Part shown: piece after piece, positions 62,377 to 64,000 of the stretch | Layout: each line of letters starts with the position of its first letter | Position numbering within the stretch: position 1 is the first letter of the stretch | Assembly (NCBI GenBank): GCA_963823555.1 | Contig: CAWGMA010000003.1 | Span: forward strand, 384,001-448,000 | Origin: Candidatus Eiseniibacteriota bacterium | GTDB lineage: Bacteria > Eisenbacteria > RBG-16-71-46 > CAVPCR01 | Reading direction: 5' to 3' | Length of the DNA: 64,000 bases | The notes under the pieces: model-generated | Databases searched by the model: none | The model's input: only the letters and a program-made list of their open reading frames with translations | Told to the model about the DNA's origin: nothing | Made by a program: the position numbers and the translations under genes

Positions 62377-63384
62377 ATGGAATATCGAAAGCTCGGTTCG
62401 GCCGGGGCCAAGGTGAGCGTCATCGGCCTCGGCACCTGGATCACGTTCGCGAAGCAGGTCGATGACAAGACCGCCGCCGCTCTGGTCGGCCGCGCCCTCG
62501 ATCTCGGCATCCAGTTCATCGACACCGCCGATGTCTACGCCAGCGGAGCCGCCGAGGAGATGCTCGGCCGCGCCCTCGCCAAGCATCGCCGGTCGGACAT
62601 CTTTCTCGCCACCAAGGTGTACGGGGAGATGGGCACCGGTCCCAACGACCGCGGGCTCTCGCGCAAGCACATCGTCGAGGCGTGCGAGGCCTCGCTCCGC
62701 CGGCTCAAGACCGAGTACATCGATCTCTATCAGTGCCACCGCCACGATCCCGATACCCCCCTCGGGGAAGTGATCGCGGCCATGGACACGCTCGTGCGCC
62801 AGGGCAAGATCTTCTACTGGGGCGTGAGCCAGTGGTCCGCGGTCCAGATCGCCGAGTGCGTGCATCTGGCCCGCGCCCGCAACATGGCCCAGCCCGTCTC
62901 GAATCAGCCCATCTACAACCTGATGAACCGCAGTCTCGAGGTCGATGTCATGCGCACCTGCGAGGACCTGGGACTCGGCATCGTCTGCTACTCGCCTCTC
63001 GCCCAGGGCATCTTGACTGCCAAGTACTCGGGCGGGAAGGTGCCGCGCGGAAGTCGTGCCGCCGACAAGGAAGCCTCGATGTTCATGCAGCGGCGGATGA
63101 CCGAGGAGAACTTCTCGCGCGCTGATCGCCTGGCCCGGATCGCCGCCGGCATGGGCATCACCGCGGCCCAGCTCGCCCTCGCCTGGTGCCTGCGCCTCCC
63201 GGCCATGTCGAGCGCCATCATCGGCGCCCGCACCGTGAAGCAGCTCGAGGAGAACGCCGGAGCGGCCGGCGTCACCTTGCCGGCGGAGGTCGAGGCCGAG
63301 ATCGAGGAGATCTTCCAGAGCGCACCGCGCGACCAGTACACCGGGCAGCGGGTCGGCTATGGCCATGAGCCCACGGGGTGGTAG
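62377..63384 (+). CDS. aldo/keto reductase
   Basis: IDTADVY, GLSRKHI, IDLYQCH, YSPLAQG. Confidence 0.93.
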   Translation: MEYRKLGSAGAKVSVIGLGTWITFAKQVDDKTAAALVGRALDLGIQFIDTADVYASGAAEEMLGRALAKHRRSDIFLATKVYGEMGTGPNDRGLSRKHIVEACEASLRRLKTEYIDLYQCHRHDPDTPLGEVIAAMDTLVRQGKIFYWGVSQWSAVQIAECVHLARARNMAQPVSNQPIYNLMNRSLEVDVMRTCEDLGLGIVCYSPLAQGILTAKYSGGKVPRGSRAADKEASMFMQRRMTEENFSRADRLARIAAGMGITAAQLALAWCLRLPAMSSAIIGARTVKQLEENAGAAGVTLPAEVEAEIEEIFQSAPRDQYTGQRVGYGHEPTGW

Positions 63385-63431
63385 CCGGCCACCCGCGGGC
63401 CGGGTCCTGGGCGCCGGGTCGGGAAGGGGGG

Positions 63432-63507
63432 TGGTAGCGGCGGAGGGACTTGAACCCCCGACACGCGGATTATGATTCCGCTGCTCTACCAGCTGAGCTA
63501 CGCCGCC
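63432..63507 (-). tRNA. tRNA-Met (CAT), elongator type
   Basis: GGCGGCGTAGCTCAGCTGGTAGAGCAGCGGAATCATAATCCGCGTGTCGGGGGTTCAAGTCCCTCCGCCGCTACCA cloverleaf, encoded CCA. Confidence 0.95.
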
Positions 63508-63641
63508 ACCGAGACTGAAGCGCCGGCAAGGTTATCACAGGTCCGGGCGGGGAGGCAGGCCCCGGCCACCTCCCCGGCTCGGTGCCGGCCCGGGCCGGCG
63601 GGTCCCACGGGCCCCGGCCCTCCAGGGTGGGCGGGCCTACC

Positions 63642-63670
63642 TTGACAATCGGGAGGGGGATCCTTAGATT
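63642..63670 (+). promoter_or_regulatory. sigma70-type promoter
   Basis: TTGACA-N17-TAGATT. Confidence 0.65.
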
Positions 63671-63738
63671 CAGTCATTCCCAATTCCCCCACCGTTATGC
63701 GCGACCTCGAAGCCTCTCACCGTAAAGGAGCCGGTCTC

Positions 63739-64000
63739 ATGGGAAAGGGGGCGGGCAGCCGCCTGCTGCAAGTGGTGGTTGCCGCCGGCCTCGCTCTGGG
63801 CCTCGCGGGCCAGGTGCGGGCGGCGGATCTGACGGGCCGGTTGGGACTGGGTGGCAGCATCGGCAGCTCCCTTCTTATCGGCGACTACGATTACCGTAAG
63901 CACGCGCGTCCGCGCCTCACCCTCGACGCGCTCTTCAAGTACGGCTTCCGGCCGCGGTGGGCTCTCGTCGGGCAGTTCGGGTACGGGTGGAACTCCTACG
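63739..64000 (+). CDS. probable outer membrane beta-barrel protein (partial, runs off window)
   Basis: AAGGAG RBS, signal peptide ending VRA-AD, alternating strands GLGGSIG, FKYGF. Confidence 0.6.
   Translation, partial: MGKGAGSRLLQVVVAAGLALGLAGQVRAADLTGRLGLGGSIGSSLLIGDYDYRKHARPRLTLDALFKYGFRPRWALVGQFGYGWNSY

Noticed and set aside
63432..63507. tRNA-Met as an island attachment site
   Set aside because: I saw no duplicate of its 3' end in the window, and the flanking genes are housekeeping-like.

Overview
GC-rich bacterial chromosome. The TWGxIK C-termini and FlgD/T9SS-like tails suggest an FCB-associated candidate phylum such as Eisenbacteria or Krumholzibacteriota (inference only). 1-25 kb is housekeeping: ccsA, a partial complex I cluster nuoB-C-D-F-G-I, a radical SAM protein, a frameshifted FadF-like oxidoreductase, trxB, an acyl-CoA ligase, an MFS transporter and a NusG paralog. 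25.2-48.9 kb is an integron-like system with atypical parts. Its divergently oriented tyrosine recombinase lacks the IntI-specific insertion and carries a DUF1802-like C-terminal extension. It is followed by a candidate LexA box, a candidate attI (27176) and 23 cassettes separated by 158-175 bp attC-like hairpins. Nearly every cassette is bounded by its own 11-17 bp terminal inverted repeat. The cargo is 5 copies of one gene-less cassette, 8 toxin-antitoxin pairs and 10 exported or hypothetical proteins. One attC is broken by an IS21 remnant and one is replaced by an attI-like stub. 48.9-54 kb holds attC-less exported proteins related to the cassette cargo. 54-64 kb holds an STT3-type oligosaccharyltransferase, a family B DNA polymerase, a thioesterase, an aldo/keto reductase and tRNA-Met. 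Family names come from motif recognition, not database searches.
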